Source: Phoronis australis (Eukaryota > Animalia > Phoronida). From it: 64,000 bases of DNA. The translations under genes and the position numbers were made by a program. Of this stretch, positions 34,802 through 48,711 are shown in pieces. Under the pieces are notes generated by a model. It searched no databases. It was not told where the DNA came from and saw only the letters and a list, made by a program, of their open reading frames with translations. How positions within the stretch are numbered: position 1 is the first letter of the stretch; each line of letters starts with the position of its first letter. The stretch covers positions 1,128,429 to 1,192,428 of the forward strand of contig NMRA01000011.1 in assembly GCA_002633005.1 (NCBI GenBank). Reading direction: 5' to 3'.

Positions 34802-37800
34802 GCTCATCTACATAAAAAACAGTCTCGCAAAACGAGACTTTCGCGAGACTGAAATAGTAACTGGTTCTAGGTTGGTTTCTGGCACACGTGGAGGACCCGG
34901 TGTTGTTTGTAAAATTATTACTTCCTTTGCATATTCCCAATTTAACGAGACTATGCATCTTTGAACAATACACTTAGTGCAAATACTGTGCAAACGCGCA
35001 TACAAAACATTCAAAAAGTTTATTGTCACAACGAAAATTCCTGCTCAGTGTTGCTGCAGCGTCAACTTAGAGTAAATACACACCATCTATTTTTATTTCT
35101 CCAATAACAATAATATTATTGTTGAAGCTGTTCGCGCCACACGTTGCCAGTGTGAACTAGCCTCGCGTAGTCAGCTACGTCTGAATTAGTTAAATTGTTA
35201 GCAAACCATCATACTAAACTTGCGGAGCTTGGGCCTTCAAGCCACAAATTTCAGAAACATGTAACCGTGATGACATTGCATGTCGAATTCCATTAGCGTA
35301 ACCCCGGTCTATCGCAAGTCCATCGGAACTCCACTTTCCGTTCCCACTAATTCTTCTCCTGTAGCGACAGGAAGACTTTTCCCTATTTCTAATTCCTTGA
35401 CATTTCAGCCAACTTGAGAACTTTCTTCTCGCGTGCGTGAATACAACAAATCGCGTCTAAACAAGAATCTATACAAACCTAGACATCTTACAGTCATAAT
35501 ATCGTTTAGGATACAGCAAAAATAAATTACACTCGATTACAAATGACATTCTTAAGAAAATGATTTCATTTTAGTCTTTTACCCCGTGAAGTAAAACTTC
35601 GATTGTCCTGAAAGTGAAAAATGTGGTACGAACCCCTTTAGGCGCATGGTGTTGGTGATTTTGTTTTTAGAATACGTTACATCAAAAGCTTCTTTACATA
35701 TAAACAAAAACATCCTTCAAGGCACTTGAAAATGTCGCTGCAAAATTTGCATACAGCCATGATGGATCAACTTGAACTGTACAAATTGAATAACAGTCCA
35801 AATGTCAAGGCCAACTCAGCAATCACTGTTACTTATATACTATTGCAGTGGACAATGCACATCTTAGCGATCAAAATGACGTAGTATTTGTGTATCCTTG
35901 ATAAACAAACGTGGCCATGAACTCAGGCTTTTATTAATTATCTATTCCCAGGCGTAAACAAAGGAAGAGCGTCGCATCAATTTCCAACTATTCATTCCAA
36001 AGACAATACACGTAATGATAAACACGTTAGCACCGTTCACAAGTGGCAAACGGTCACGTGGTAAAGTTGAACTGTCCAACAAAGGCACATTCATGGTTGA
36101 CGTCTTTTATTTGTAATTTCGCATTGACGTTCGCTCAACGAGAAGAGGAAGTGGGGACAAAATCTCGCCTTCTTCGCTTATGATCTCACTATTCGTGTAC
36201 AACGCACTGCTTCTAGCACTAATTATGCCAGATTTACTTCCGAACATCGTATCTCAGAAATTGTTGGTTGGATTCATGTCAAATTTTCACCTATTAGGCT
36301 TTATGCGCTGTTCTCCCCAATAATGTTAGGAATTCTGTTTAAAAAGTTCCATTTTTGCATAAAAGGCTAACAAATTGGGTCATGTTTTGGCATGTATGAA
36401 TCTTTCTTTTATGCTAACTTTTACTAAAAAGACATTATTAAGTAACTTAATTAATGGTAGAAATTTTCTGCTTTCAGAGAATATATACTTTCACTGAATT
36501 TCGTAGACTCGGCTAATTACACCCATTTGTGGATAAGGCCCTATTTGACTTTAAAACTTTTCAAGCTTCAGACGTTTTAGTTTGCTTTCATACAAGAATA
36601 TTAAAAACAGTTCAACTTAAAACGTTCGACATGAAACGTTTGAAGATGCTCGTGCAAAAGAAGTTCATAAATCATATTAACTGAGTATACAAAACTTTTC
36701 ATTAAAGAATACAAATATTTTGCAGGTGGCTGGTTATGTGAGTCTGAAGGATAAGCCACCACTCTTTGTGTAGTCACAACTTATTCGTAATCGTCCGCCT
36801 CAACTCAGCAAGATACCGGCTGCCGTAAACGTAAGTTTTGATTTGGATACGGTTAAGATGACTAAACCACTGGTCACCGTTTTAGCCATTGAAATTTGAT
36901 CTTTGTGAGTTGGTAATTTGAAATACATGCATTCGATTTGAACAAATCGAGTTTTGAGAGAGAAGATAAATTCACTGAATCAAACCCACCGTCCAGAGTC
37001 ACGGAAAATGTCAATACCCAACATTTGGAGTGGCCACCAGTGCACTTGAAGTGGATCCATTTTAATTATTTATCTCCCCTGACTGTTCAGTGAATATCAA
37101 TGGGAACCTTCCGCATTGATCGCTCTCCCATGCCGTGAGGTACGAAATAGCGGCACACCTCCAAATACGGCAGGCACGTCAGGTGGCACAGAATAGTTAG
37201 GCTGTGGCCGCGGCCAATCCAAAATGTTAAAATCTAGGGCTAGGCCAGGCTTGGAGGCATTTTTTAGTTAGGTATTGTGTGTAGGCCAAGTGAATGTGTT
37301 TTTTTTTGTATTTGTGAACATGCTGAGAATGAAAAAAGGCCAGTTTCTCGGCTGTAGCTGCACTCTTCTTCAAGATGGTGGCCCCCTGTTGCAGTTGTGC
37401 ATTGCTGTGTAGCAACTGAGAAATTGGCCGCGATTTAAGGTAGGCCTCAAACAAGCCAGATTTGCAAAAAAAACTAGTTGGTTGACAGTACTTTTGGACC
37501 AGATTTTCGGAATCGCTAGGAAATTTGCTTTTGGAATCTAATGTTGGCTTTAGTCGAGCATCGGCAGGAAAGTGGTGATTTTGGGGTGAAAAGTGCCGAT
37601 TCTGCATTTTTTGCCCTCATTTTTCTTAGTTCAGCTTGGTTTCCATTGGGAGTGAATGGGTCAAAAATACACGAGAGAATAAAGTTTCTGTGCTCATCTG
37701 TAGGGCTTGTGATGTGAAATTACTCAAAACATTTCCTTATTTGCTTGCAGTTTTTGACAAAGTGAAGAAAGGGTGAAGAGTGCATTGACGTGTGTTCTGA

Positions 37801-37908
37801 CAGGCAAACCCCTGTGAGAACTGTTCTGTGTCTCCTCAGCAGCGTCGCTTTCGCTCCTATGGTGGGATATTCACATGCTAGCATCGGTCGTCTGAATACG
37901 TTATATTT

Positions 37909-38100
37909 AAGGGAAAGTATTACTGCTGTGCCGTGGGCTGCAATGCCGGTTCAAAGAAGTGGGATAAGTTGGATAAACATCCATGGGTGCAGAATGTCAC
38001 ATTTCACCCCTTCCCGACGCTTCTGATCGAAGGACAAACGACGGCGAAGCCCGCCGTGCGCACAGCGCCACCGTTGTACAATCAATATAATCCTACCTCA
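37909..38100 (+). pseudogene. Second THAP-domain remnant (N-terminal half)
   Basis: GKYYCCAVGCNAGSKKWDKLDKHPWVQNVTFHPFPT shows CxxxxC..FHxFP. The expected start reads AAG, and the W and CxxHF segment is missing. Confidence 0.7.
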
Positions 38101-40569
38101 CGGCTGCGAAGAGCGGGAGTGCGGAATACGGGAATTGACGTGATTTTGTTTCCATTCATTGATGACCATCTTAAGGTATAACTGTTCTGCTTTATGGGAA
38201 ACTGAACCTGCATTTTCTTATTTTTAATTTTAACCGCCACAGTGGGGTGTTTCGGGAAATAGTAAAACTGTTTAGGAAAGCTTGCATTTCTGTTTACTTA
38301 GCAGATGTTTATATCACATAGCTTTGCAATGGAAAATGATGTTGACCTTTTAAATGAAGTGATTGCCGGAATGCCTGCACTTGCACTAAAGCTAGGCTAA
38401 CAAGTGCATGGGATGAAGTGTTACTTATTTAAGTACAGCACCTCATCGTCGTCATTTCCCATTGCCACTTGGGGCTGCTCGTCTTTGATTTCATGATAAG
38501 GACTAGACTACAGTAGATACCCCATCCACCTAAAATGTAACAGACGCAAAAAAAAGCGTGCGCGTTCACTGAGATACGCGTGAAACGCTGTATAAATAAA
38601 CAGCTTCGGAGGATCTGGTAAAAAGCACAGGCGCTCGAATTTCCCGATGACTTGTAACCATATATAAGAAACATAAAGGTTGGACATTTAAAGTTTGCCA
38701 AGCCGAGGCTCCTAACTTCAACTGTCCAAAATCCGAATATAATCTGCATGCACCTCCCTCAGTGTGGTAATGCATAAACATTCGAAGCCTTATTTTTCCT
38801 TGATCCCATTAATTGTCCTTGTGAGTGATCAATTGGCGATGGAATTTTCAAAACAATCTCAAAACTCTGAATTCAAGGACCTAAAATAGTAAACATGGCG
38901 GATTTCAGTTGTGCTTCAACTTGTACGCCTGTCGTAGGTGAAACTTCGAGTTTGAGCAAGCAACCTACATTTCAAATTCAATAATTCCAATCCAAAACTC
39001 AACTAAATGAGAATGTTAAAGTTAGTATTTTAATGATTATTTGTAACTTTATTCCACTGACAGCTCATTTTAGCCCTTAATTTAGAATTTTATTGCATAA
39101 ACTGACGTACATGTATCGTTTCTCATCTCGACATCACGCACTTTTTTTAATTGAAGCACAACACGCACTCGGCCAGGAAACGCAGTCCTTGCAAGTATTA
39201 CAATGCGCGTGGCCGACGAGTAAACTCAATGGTTTTGGCCAAAAGTAAAACCTACATAAAAAACCACAGTACACAAAAAACTTCGCATATCAATACAGTG
39301 TCAGGATAATTTATATTTGACACCAATATCTGAGTAGTTACATTTATTTGGCAATGATATTTTTAATGTGCCGTCTGCTTCTCATGACCTAGTAGTCGAG
39401 GGATTGACGGCGCGCGAAAATAGACTTTCGGATTTAGCTCGGGAGCGTCCGCCAAAAACCGGGTGTTCGAATACCGTCTGCCATGACATCACAGAATAAG
39501 GTCCTTGAATTTGTGATTTTGGCATTCTTTTGGCATTTTTGTCGTCAAATCAACACTCGAAGGCAATTTGAAGAGATCAAATAAAAGAAGGCATTCAAAG
39601 CTTTGTTCGATGTAAGTTTCGCGGAGTACCGTGCACATTTGAGTAGGAGATTCTGAGCAAACAGATTGTGAGTGTCCAACCTTATGTTTTCTCAGTATTA
39701 AGTGACGTCATTTGCGATCGAGGAACAGATAAACCCAAGCGCCTGTGGTAAAAAGTGAGCAAAACAAAATGTCGTACAAAGTTAATGTCATTAAAAACTT
39801 CACACTTCCTTGAGTATACTAATGTGACTACCGATGCGAGAAGACTTCTGTCAGTTTGTGAAGCGATCAAATGCGTCAACTTCGAGCGCCATGAAATTGA
39901 TCGCTAAGTTTACCCGTTTTCGCCAATTTTTCAATCCATAGTTACATTTTCACAACATCGTGCAGAGTTCACAACAGTTGTCAAAAGTGGTTTCACTTTT
40001 TGTTAGTAATTTTGGGTATTTCAGTATCCAGAGAAAATTCTGCTTCGCCGAAGTTTCCATCATCTCCCAGAAGATGTAACTTTGCCAAAACAAAAATTGA
40101 GCAAATGGTGCAAGTGCGTGTCACGAGCTGTTTTGAAATCAAACTGAGTTTTTCTTCAAAAATAGGCGAGTGGCTAAAAAATGATAACATTCATCAAGAC
40201 GTGTTTCTCTGAAACGGACGTCGGAGTTGCAAAAACTTACGGGGGAGTTAAACGTGCCAGATTGATGAAAGCTTCGTTATTTGAGGACCGTGAATAGACT
40301 TGTGGCAAACAGAAAAGGTATATTGACAACCTGTAGTCACATCATTCACCAGCTGTTCAGTCATACACCGCTAGCTAGTTGTCTTGGAGGCCTGAGGCCG
40401 GTACGTTTCTTCCTCCAGTGGACAGAGGCTAAACACAGTATTAGGTTTATGCATTTTTGACGCTAACAGCCAGCTAATGACGGCAAATCAGTACATGTCC
40501 ATCTGAGCAGGTAAGCTAAATCTGTGTGCAGTTCGGCATGATATTCTCTACGAATATGTATTCGTTATC

Positions 40570-40637
40570 CATGGGCGGCGCAGCACTGAAAAAAGTGGTG
40601 CTTTAGCCCCCCAGTCCCCTATGGTGCGCTGCTCATG
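40570..40637 (+). mobile_element. Monomeric CATGGGCGGCGCA MITE (68 bp)
   Basis: A single unit of the dimers at 10533 and 43313: catgggcggcgcagcactgaaaaaagtgg...tatggtgcgctgctcatg. No TSD was seen. Confidence 0.75.
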
Positions 40638-41921
40638 GCAACCTATCCTGTAACATCACATCCTACCAAATCTCTCTATTGTTGGACTTATTTTCATCAA
40701 ATTGGATAGTACATTCTATCCGCGTACGGTAATAGGCTCCTCACATGTCCTGAGTAGGAGGATGGATTGAGGGAGCATAAATCTAAACCGGTTTATAGAA
40801 CGGCCAACTAAACTAGCACAAAAACGTTTCAGTTAACACATTCAAGCTACTGTTCAGACGACGTGAAGCTTAATATTGCTGAAACGTTTTAATGGAGTTA
40901 AACGGCGGTGCTAATTGTCGCGCAAATGTATGCATTGAGAATCATCCAACTATAACGTGCGCCTAACCTTAGTTTTGAGCGATATTGTGTATTTTGAAAT
41001 GTTCTCTGACGGATGAGTCGATCGGAGTCATTCATGAAGCCTAGGCAAACGTTTTAATTAGCACAGTAACTAACTGTCAGCAAATTTTTCTAAGTTATTT
41101 TAAATCAGTTTTGGTTGAGCATGGCAACGAAGATTTTCATGATCAAATGGATTGTTTGAGTGTAAGTTAAACGTAGGTAATGAGTAGGAACGATATATTG
41201 ACTCACACGTAAGCGTTCTCGCTGTTTCAATGGAAAAGCTATTGAAAAGGCAGTACCATGACGTTCCACTTAAAACGCTTTGCTTTCACACGACGAATTT
41301 GAAACGTTTCAACTTAAAACGTTTTCGCTGAATTTACCAAGCCTACTTGATGTGTTTTATTTGTTTTATAAATTAAATGTTTTTGAGTGCTTTCAACTTT
41401 CAAGTTTGCTTTCAAACGACGGATTTAAAACATTTTAACTTAAGTGGAGATAAACCCGAGCTTTCTGTTAAAACGGGTTTTGATTAGACTACATGCTTTC
41501 ATAAAAGTGTACTCGTCTTGTTCGTTGCTCAGTTTACAAGTGACTTGTGTCTGGAAATGATGTCAGGGATTCAAAATAACCAACCTGGGCTGGGTTGCAT
41601 AAAACTTAAAAATTATCCGCTGGATAAGTTTGATTGTTACATGACGTCACGTGCATTGTTCAACAATAACAACGTGGCGCGTGGCGTAGGACGCCAAGTG
41701 TGGCCACGTTATCTTCACCAATCAAAACAACAGCCTGATTATAAAAAACTGTCTTAATCGGGTGGCCCGAACGTAAGTGAAGGTGTCCCGCTAGGTAGTC
41801 GTGTACGACAGCATGCCAAGACTCTGAGCTAGGTAGCTAGTGTGGGCACAAATTTCGACAATTGAAGGAACATCGCTTTTTCTGTTCGTCACATACCGTC
41901 AGAGGTCCTGCAGTCGTGAGT

Positions 41922-42500
41922 GCCCTAAAGTCGTGAACGATCTTATTTCCTCTTCTGCGCGGTCCTGCGACATCTGACGTTGAAGTTTCCAGCGTTCGCC
42001 TGCTTACGAACGTCAAACGAATACCCGGACGTGTTCGTATTCACAATATGATAACAAACAGTGAGTGAGTGGCTTCTTTTTTCAAATGTATCTTAAAAAC
42101 AGCATATTTCACTAATTCACTTTTTTGTGCATTTTTGGGACATATTTTCGAAAATATTTATCGTTCAGATTTACTCAAACACGAGCTCCAGGGGTAGCTT
42201 GAACAATGTATCAAAATGTCCCAGGGTCGATCAAGTTTTGTAAGGCCAAAACAATAAAATACAGAGCGATAATTAATGCTGGGTTCTTAGCGTTTTACGT
42301 GAACAACCTCATTGAAAACGTCTGTACTGCACATCAAAGTTGGGTGCAAAACTTATAACAATTTATTTCAATTGAAACTGAATTAATAAACAATGCAATG
42401 CATTTTTATGTCATCTAGAGTAACTGTAAGCACTGTAGTTGACTTGTTTGGTCACACTTAGTGCATTTCCGTCTAAACGAAACGTTCACGACTTTAGGGC
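41922..42500. repeat. Perfect 18-bp inverted repeat pair, probably subterminal repeats of a DNA transposon relic
   Basis: gccctaaagtcgtgaacg (41922-41939) / cgttcacgactttagggc (42483-42500). A third partial copy tcacgactttagg lies at ~42686. Confidence 0.6.
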
Positions 42501-43221
42501 CTCATTTAAAATGGCCGGCGATATCAGCGACTGTTTTAAAACTCTGCTTACGGATGCAAACAAGGATTAAGATTGTCAAAACACGTACATTTGTGAAGGC
42601 TGATATATGTCCATGACATCACATGAGCAGTTGCAAGCGGACATTGGGCACTAGTATGACAATCAACTGCTTATTATGCTTATAGTCACGACTTTAGGTC
42701 ACCGGTGTATATGTGTTTTGTTTGCGATTCTCTCGTAACAAGACTAAACCAAAACGTAGCACGCCCGAATATGCGTAAGTTTCCCAACTCCGACATTCTG
42801 ACAGTACTCTGTCCGTTACAGCCATTTAGAAATGGAACATAGTTTTATGAATACCATTTTCTCACACTCACTCTCCCGTTTTCAGAACAAAGAGAAGCAG
42901 GACGTCGATTTTAAAAAGCACACTCGTGACGCGCCTTTTGTTCGACTTCTAGAATGGTAAAATGACATCTTTGGGAGATGATGACAACGTCGCCGCAGCA
43001 AAATTTCCTCAGTTTCGGTTTTGTGGTAATAAGCTACTTGAACTCGATGGTAATAAAGTACTCAAAACTTCTATTCAAGTGTATCCACTATTTTGGCAAA
43101 TTCAGAAACTGGCCAGCAGGTAACGCTTAATTTCATGGAGCACAAATTTGACACATATGATCGCTCCCAAACGGAATTCTTCTAGCGGCAGTAACTAAAT
43201 TAGATAACTCAAGGAAGAGTG

Positions 43222-43280
43222 TAGACAATGACAATGACCATCGTCTCTGCTGCGCCAGCAGAGACGATGGTCATTGTCTA
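43222..43280. mobile_element. 59-bp hairpin mini-transposon, TAG...CTA ends, 9-bp TSD GGAAGAGTG
   Basis: 23-bp perfect stem gacaatgaccatcgtctctgctg with loop cgc. ggaagagtg lies at 43213-43221 and 43281-43289. Confidence 0.88.
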
Positions 43281-43312
43281 GGAAGAGTGTAGTTTTGATG
43301 ACCACAGCTACG

Positions 43313-43463
43313 CATGGGCGGCGCAGCATTGAAAAAAGTGGGGGGCTAGAGCCCCCTCAGCCCCCTTGTGGTGCACCGCCCATAGACCATGAGCGGCATA
43401 GCACTGAAAAAACTGGGGGGGGGGGACTATAGCCCCTCAGTCCCCTATGGTGCGCCGCCCATG
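43313..43463 (+). mobile_element. Dimeric CATGGGCGGCGCA MITE with imperfect 5-bp TSD (ctacg/ctaag)
   Basis: Perfect 13-bp TIRs catgggcggcgca / tgcgccgcccatg. Two tandem units joined by catagaccatg. Confidence 0.85.
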
Positions 43464-45984
43464 CTAAGGCCAACTTCGAGTGACGTGGAAGGCCAGGGTG
43501 GGAGAGGCCTTTATGACTGAAAGCAGTGAACAGCACTCAAGATGTTACCCTCGTTAATGAAAAAAATTAAACGAAGTCACGTTCAAGTTTTCACTTCGTA
43601 AGCGCCCAGTGGATGTACCTGTTTCCCATTACTCACTGGTGACTCATGGTTGAACGCAAAGCATTGTAGTCGAGTTTACGCATGTCCATCTATAGTGTTT
43701 ATGAGGCTCTCATTGCTGGTTTTGGCGCCCGCGGGCTTTTCGAACCAATCACCTTGAGTGGTTTTGATCACGTGGGACTGATCAGGCTCATGGGAGTTGT
43801 CTTCGAGCCGTCTGCTTTCACATGCTTGTAAAGTACGAGCGGGTGTCTCACAAAATAAACGTTACTATTCTCATTTTTTATTGGAATTAGCACCAAGCAA
43901 GTAATTATTCTACTAAATAGCCAAAGGTTTGCCGGAGACTTCAGCATGCCGGTGTCAGAGGTACCAAATGGTCGTGCCTATAACACAGAGCTTTGACAAA
44001 TATGAGACATCAGTAGCTACGGTATAACGAAGCTTTTTACGTTACGTCGCTGGACTCTAAGTTCAACTACATGTATAACGCTTTAACATATATTACGGAA
44101 AATTTTAAACTTGCCCGTAGTACTAAACGACCCAATACGATCAAAGCGCAGCTGAAGATGTCAAACTTAATTAAACTACGAATCTAGCAGGCAATGACCA
44201 GGTGGTTTTCCCGTTCTACTTATTTTAGGTGAGTAATGTTCCACACGTGTGCTTTGTACACAGGTAATTACGATCGCTTTGGGATATTTCACTTGAGGCT
44301 CTTTGCACATGGGGGTAGTCTGATAATGAATGTCCATGTCCATGCTTTGATGGTAAAAATGTGAAAATTAATTACCCGCTTACTTCCATAGATGTCGGAA
44401 TGCCAAGTAGATAAAGCTTCTAAATGCGATAACGTTTCTTTTTTGTACACTTCGCACATCTGTTAGTGAAAATGTGCGATTGCGTGACCTCGTAACCTAC
44501 ACGTGATCTTTCCTACATTTGATAACTAAAAATTAAAAGTAAGAGGCGATATTCGTATTACTTTATTACGGAGAGCGGAGCTTTGTTGCGAACAAAAGCA
44601 CTAAAATGAAATAGTGGAAATCACCCATTTTAATTGTTGCCCCAAGTTCCAGAACCGTGCAATGCTACAGTAAGGCTCTCGGTCCAAAACAGGGATAGTA
44701 AGACAATATTACTGAAGGGAACCTGTAAAATTCCGTTGATAAGTACATAATAATAGCGTTTTCTGGAGAGGTTTGAGTAAAACAATTTCCCAGAAAACAC
44801 ACTAGTTGGACAAAGGCCATGTTTGAACGCATATACGGATTTAGATTAGGTCCCTAAGTACGCGACCAAAACAGAACGTCAGAAAAAAACCCACCAACAC
44901 GCTGTTTTTAGAGCTTACACGATCATTGTTCTTCAAACGTTTTGGTTGGGCCTCCCGTATATGTGGTAGAACAACGCATAGATACAGTATAGCGGTTTCG
45001 GCCATCATCTTAAATTTCTTACAGAATAAACCTATTAATTCACGAGCGTTTCCTTAAGAGTGAACGGGAGAGTTTAGGTCTGTTAAAACCAATATTTTTG
45101 TAAGATATTCAATGAACTGTCAAAAATCGGTAATTATAACGCTTTTCCCAACATATCCAAGATTGTAAAAATAAATGTATTCTTCTTGAGAACCAACTTC
45201 GTCGATGTTGTTTGTATAAGTCCGTTGCATTTCTGGTACGGTCACGTTTCACGAAGACCATCATAGAATAAGCAATTTTTGCACCGTTAGTAAGCCCTCG
45301 ATCCAAACAAACGCCATCTACCGTTTCAATATTGAAAGCTTAATGTCATTACAATCACACGTTATTACTATTCCCAATTACACCGGATATGGTTGATCAG
45401 CAAAGTCAAGACCTGAGGCATGAAGGTTAACTTCATGAATAATGGGAAAGTTTCTGTTCCTAAACAATCCAACAGCGTTCACGTTCTAGTGCCATGACCG
45501 CACTGTCGAAAACTCATATTTAAAAACTCTCAAAACTGCAACTCTATGAACCTCCTTCCTTAAATTTTTTCTGTCCGTGCCCAACTTCTTCTTTCTTTGT
45601 CCAACATAACCTATACATGCCCAAATCGAAATCCCCGTTCACAAGTTGTTTTACACTCACACAAACAGAGTGAAGAAAAAAGGAGTGGCCGTCGAGTCAC
45701 ATTCAAACTTTATACGAGCGTTTTCTTTGATTGCTGATCAGAAACTTCCCTAATTTCTTAATTTTTAAGAAAAAAAACGACAAAAGATTTGAGAGCGATA
45801 TTATATTTCGTTCATGTGCCAACTGGCGCCTTTTTACGTCATGTTACCATTAGGTGAGCTTTTCCCTGCTATTATATTATTTTCATTACAATTATCATTA
45901 TCATGTCATTTTGTGCGGCGGGTATCTTTGCCAACAACCCTTTTAAACCGACGTTGTCCGCGAGAAATGGATTTTCTTAAATCA

Positions 45985-46052
45985 GCTCTGGCGCGAAATC
46001 GAACCGGGAATCTTCGCGGTCGCATCGTCACATCAAACGCTCTGCTGACGAG
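45985..46052 (-). other. Degenerate tRNA-like segment (possible SINE head)
   Basis: Minus strand gctcgtcagcagagcg...cccggttcgatttcgcgccagagc contains a B-box-like GGTTCGATT. The A box is poor and there is no valid cloverleaf. Confidence 0.3.
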
Positions 46053-48711
46053 CAAATTCTCACTCGATAAGCTAGAGTATTTTATGCGTATTCATCTGGT
46101 AAATTCAGCGGCCTTCATTTCAGCGAAAGCCTGGCAGACATCGTCGAGAATTGGTCATTTGTAATTAATTCATAAAAACACAGTCAAAATTTATGAATTC
46201 AATCAGTTTTTCACATCCAACATACAGAGCATCCAAACAGTCACGATGGACCGCTCCGGACGTCCCCCTTTTTTGAAAAGCGGCGTTTTTGGACTTCAAT
46301 TGTTCATTATTTGATTGTTTGCCTTGCATTTTAAAGTCAAAACATATGGTTTTCTACATTTTGGTGGAAGCAGCGTTCAGAAATTTATTTCAGGTCAAAG
46401 AACCTGAGTAGTAAATCTCCTTCTTAAGCAACTAAATTTTTCGTCCTTATGTCCACTGTACACAACTTCTATACGCGTACGGGTTAGTGTTAGTTTTTAC
46501 TCAGTACGTGGAGCCCTATAACCACTAGTCTTAGAAATTTGAAGTTTTGTACACACAGTAGCACAGTGCGTAAATCTTTTGAAATATATTATTTACCCAC
46601 AATGCACCTGAAAGCCTAAAATCACAAAAATGTTTAAAATGCTTCTTCCACAATTTTGAACTTACGAGGGTGCGAATTATGTACATTAAAAGCCACGAGC
46701 ACACTTCTCTACGGGATCCCTTCATGCAAACCTTCCATATTTCCACAAAAAAACAAAGGGTGCGTGTACTTTACCAACTATTATAAACCTAGAGCTTTCA
46801 AATTTTGTACGCTGACAGACAACTATAATGTTTATTATGGCATTACTTTACTAAGCGATAACACTGAACGATAGGTATTTGAATGAAACGATTTTATTTT
46901 TAATGCTCTTCGACCAGGTGCAATTTTTAGGTAATCAACATGAACTTCAAAATGAAAAACTTAATTCTAGTTCCAAGAAAAAACAACACCTTCTGCGGGA
47001 TCCGACTCCTTGCTGTTGATAAAATGAATATGGAACCTACGCACAACATCACTGCTACACCATGACACTCGTAGCGAAATGAAGTGTATGAATATGTTAA
47101 ATAATGTTTTGTAGAACAAGTGTACACAAAGCACTTCAATAATATAACAGAGCGATACTTTCAAGTCATTTATACAACAATAAGGCGCGAATGAAGTTAA
47201 CAAGGAAATAATCTATACAGACTTCAACTCCAATGCCAAACAAGTTTCAATTGGCGGGGCCCTAGGAATTCCGACAACAGCACCTCAAGGAAAAAATAGG
47301 GAACAGAGAAAAAGAGAATAAAAGAGACAGAGAGGGGATACCGTGCAAGCCAAATACATTAATAATTAACTAAAATTAGCATTCAACTCAATCAAATTTG
47401 TGTAACATTACTTTTAGTTTAGATTAAAAGGAAAAGATCATCTAAATAATTACAAAGAGTAATAATTGAGTCAAGGTCGAATTCGAGGGATTCACAAGAG
47501 AATGTGATTCAAACTAATGGTGTGGTGTATTGAAAAAGTATCAACGATACTGCGGTAGCAACAAGTCTTGACGTCATATCCTTAAAATACAAAGCTTATA
47601 ACCTCAATTCATACTTCATAATTGCGTGACTCTGTGATTGCAATTACATGAAGCTTCAACGTTTGGTATCTTAAATTGTTCTTAATCACATGACCGTAAT
47701 CATGTTGAGATTGCAGGAGGTCCATACAAGGGCAACGCGGAGCGTTGAAATGCGCCCATTAATGCAACGCAAACGGGGTGCTTCTAGGGTTATTCATTTG
47801 TATCATAAAACGGCCACTAAATGGCGCAAAACTTCCAATCCATCCCAAAACTGGAAGATGCCATCCCTTCTTTTATAGAGAGCTATTTACCAAATTTCAT
47901 AAAAATATGTCAGGGATCTTCAGAGAAACAAAGGAAAACGGAAAAATGGAATTGCCACTAGGGAGGACAGATTTCGTTGAATCCACCTGAAAGTCGTCGT
48001 CGTCTGTTGTTACAAAAGTTAATAAAGATCCTGCAGTGGGTTTAGGAGATAAAGCTATGAGCGCAAAACAAAACAAAACTACCACCAGGAGGCGCCACAG
48101 TGGTCAAAGTGGTCATCGTCAACCGTCCTCTTCACACTTGGAAAGACAATTATCAAAATCATCCTTAAAATGGTTTGGTTGATAAGTGGGGTGAACGCCA
48201 AAAACACCTGAAAACAGCAAAAATGGTCACTAGGTGGCGCAAAATACCTTGATTCCATCCGAAAAACGGGATGATAGCGTCATCTCACCAATAGTTTCCT
48301 ATAATTATTACAAATTTCATGAAAATCCATTGACGACCTTTGAAGATACAGAGGTAAAAAAAATTGTACCTAGGTGGCGCAAAATACCTCGAAAACACCC
48401 GAAAACGGGAGGATAGCATTATCCTACTAATAGATACCTATCTGCCAATTTTTATGAAAATCTGTTGAGAACCTTTGAGGATACAGAGGTAAACGTAAAA
48501 AACTAAGGGGCACACCGGTAGTCGGATCTGTATGAAATTCATCGTTGTCCGTTGTCAACTTCATATAAATACATTTGCTAAATTTAGAAAAGATCCTGCA
48601 GAGCGTTTAGGAGATAGACATGGGCGCAAAAACAGCCACTAGGTGGCACCATAGATGTCAAAGTCGTCGGAAAGTCGTCGTTAGCCGTCCTCTTCACAGT
48701 AAAATTATATA

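Larger units (their letters stand above)
39785..43300. repeat. Pair of ~500-bp diverged inverted homologous segments (39785-40245 and 42770-43300)
   Basis: Collinear inverted matches: cacttccttgagt/actcaaggaagag, ccatgaaatt/aatttcatgg, catcatctccca/tgggagatgatg, gtcggagttg..aaacttacg/cgtaagttt..caactccgac. Confidence 0.7.
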
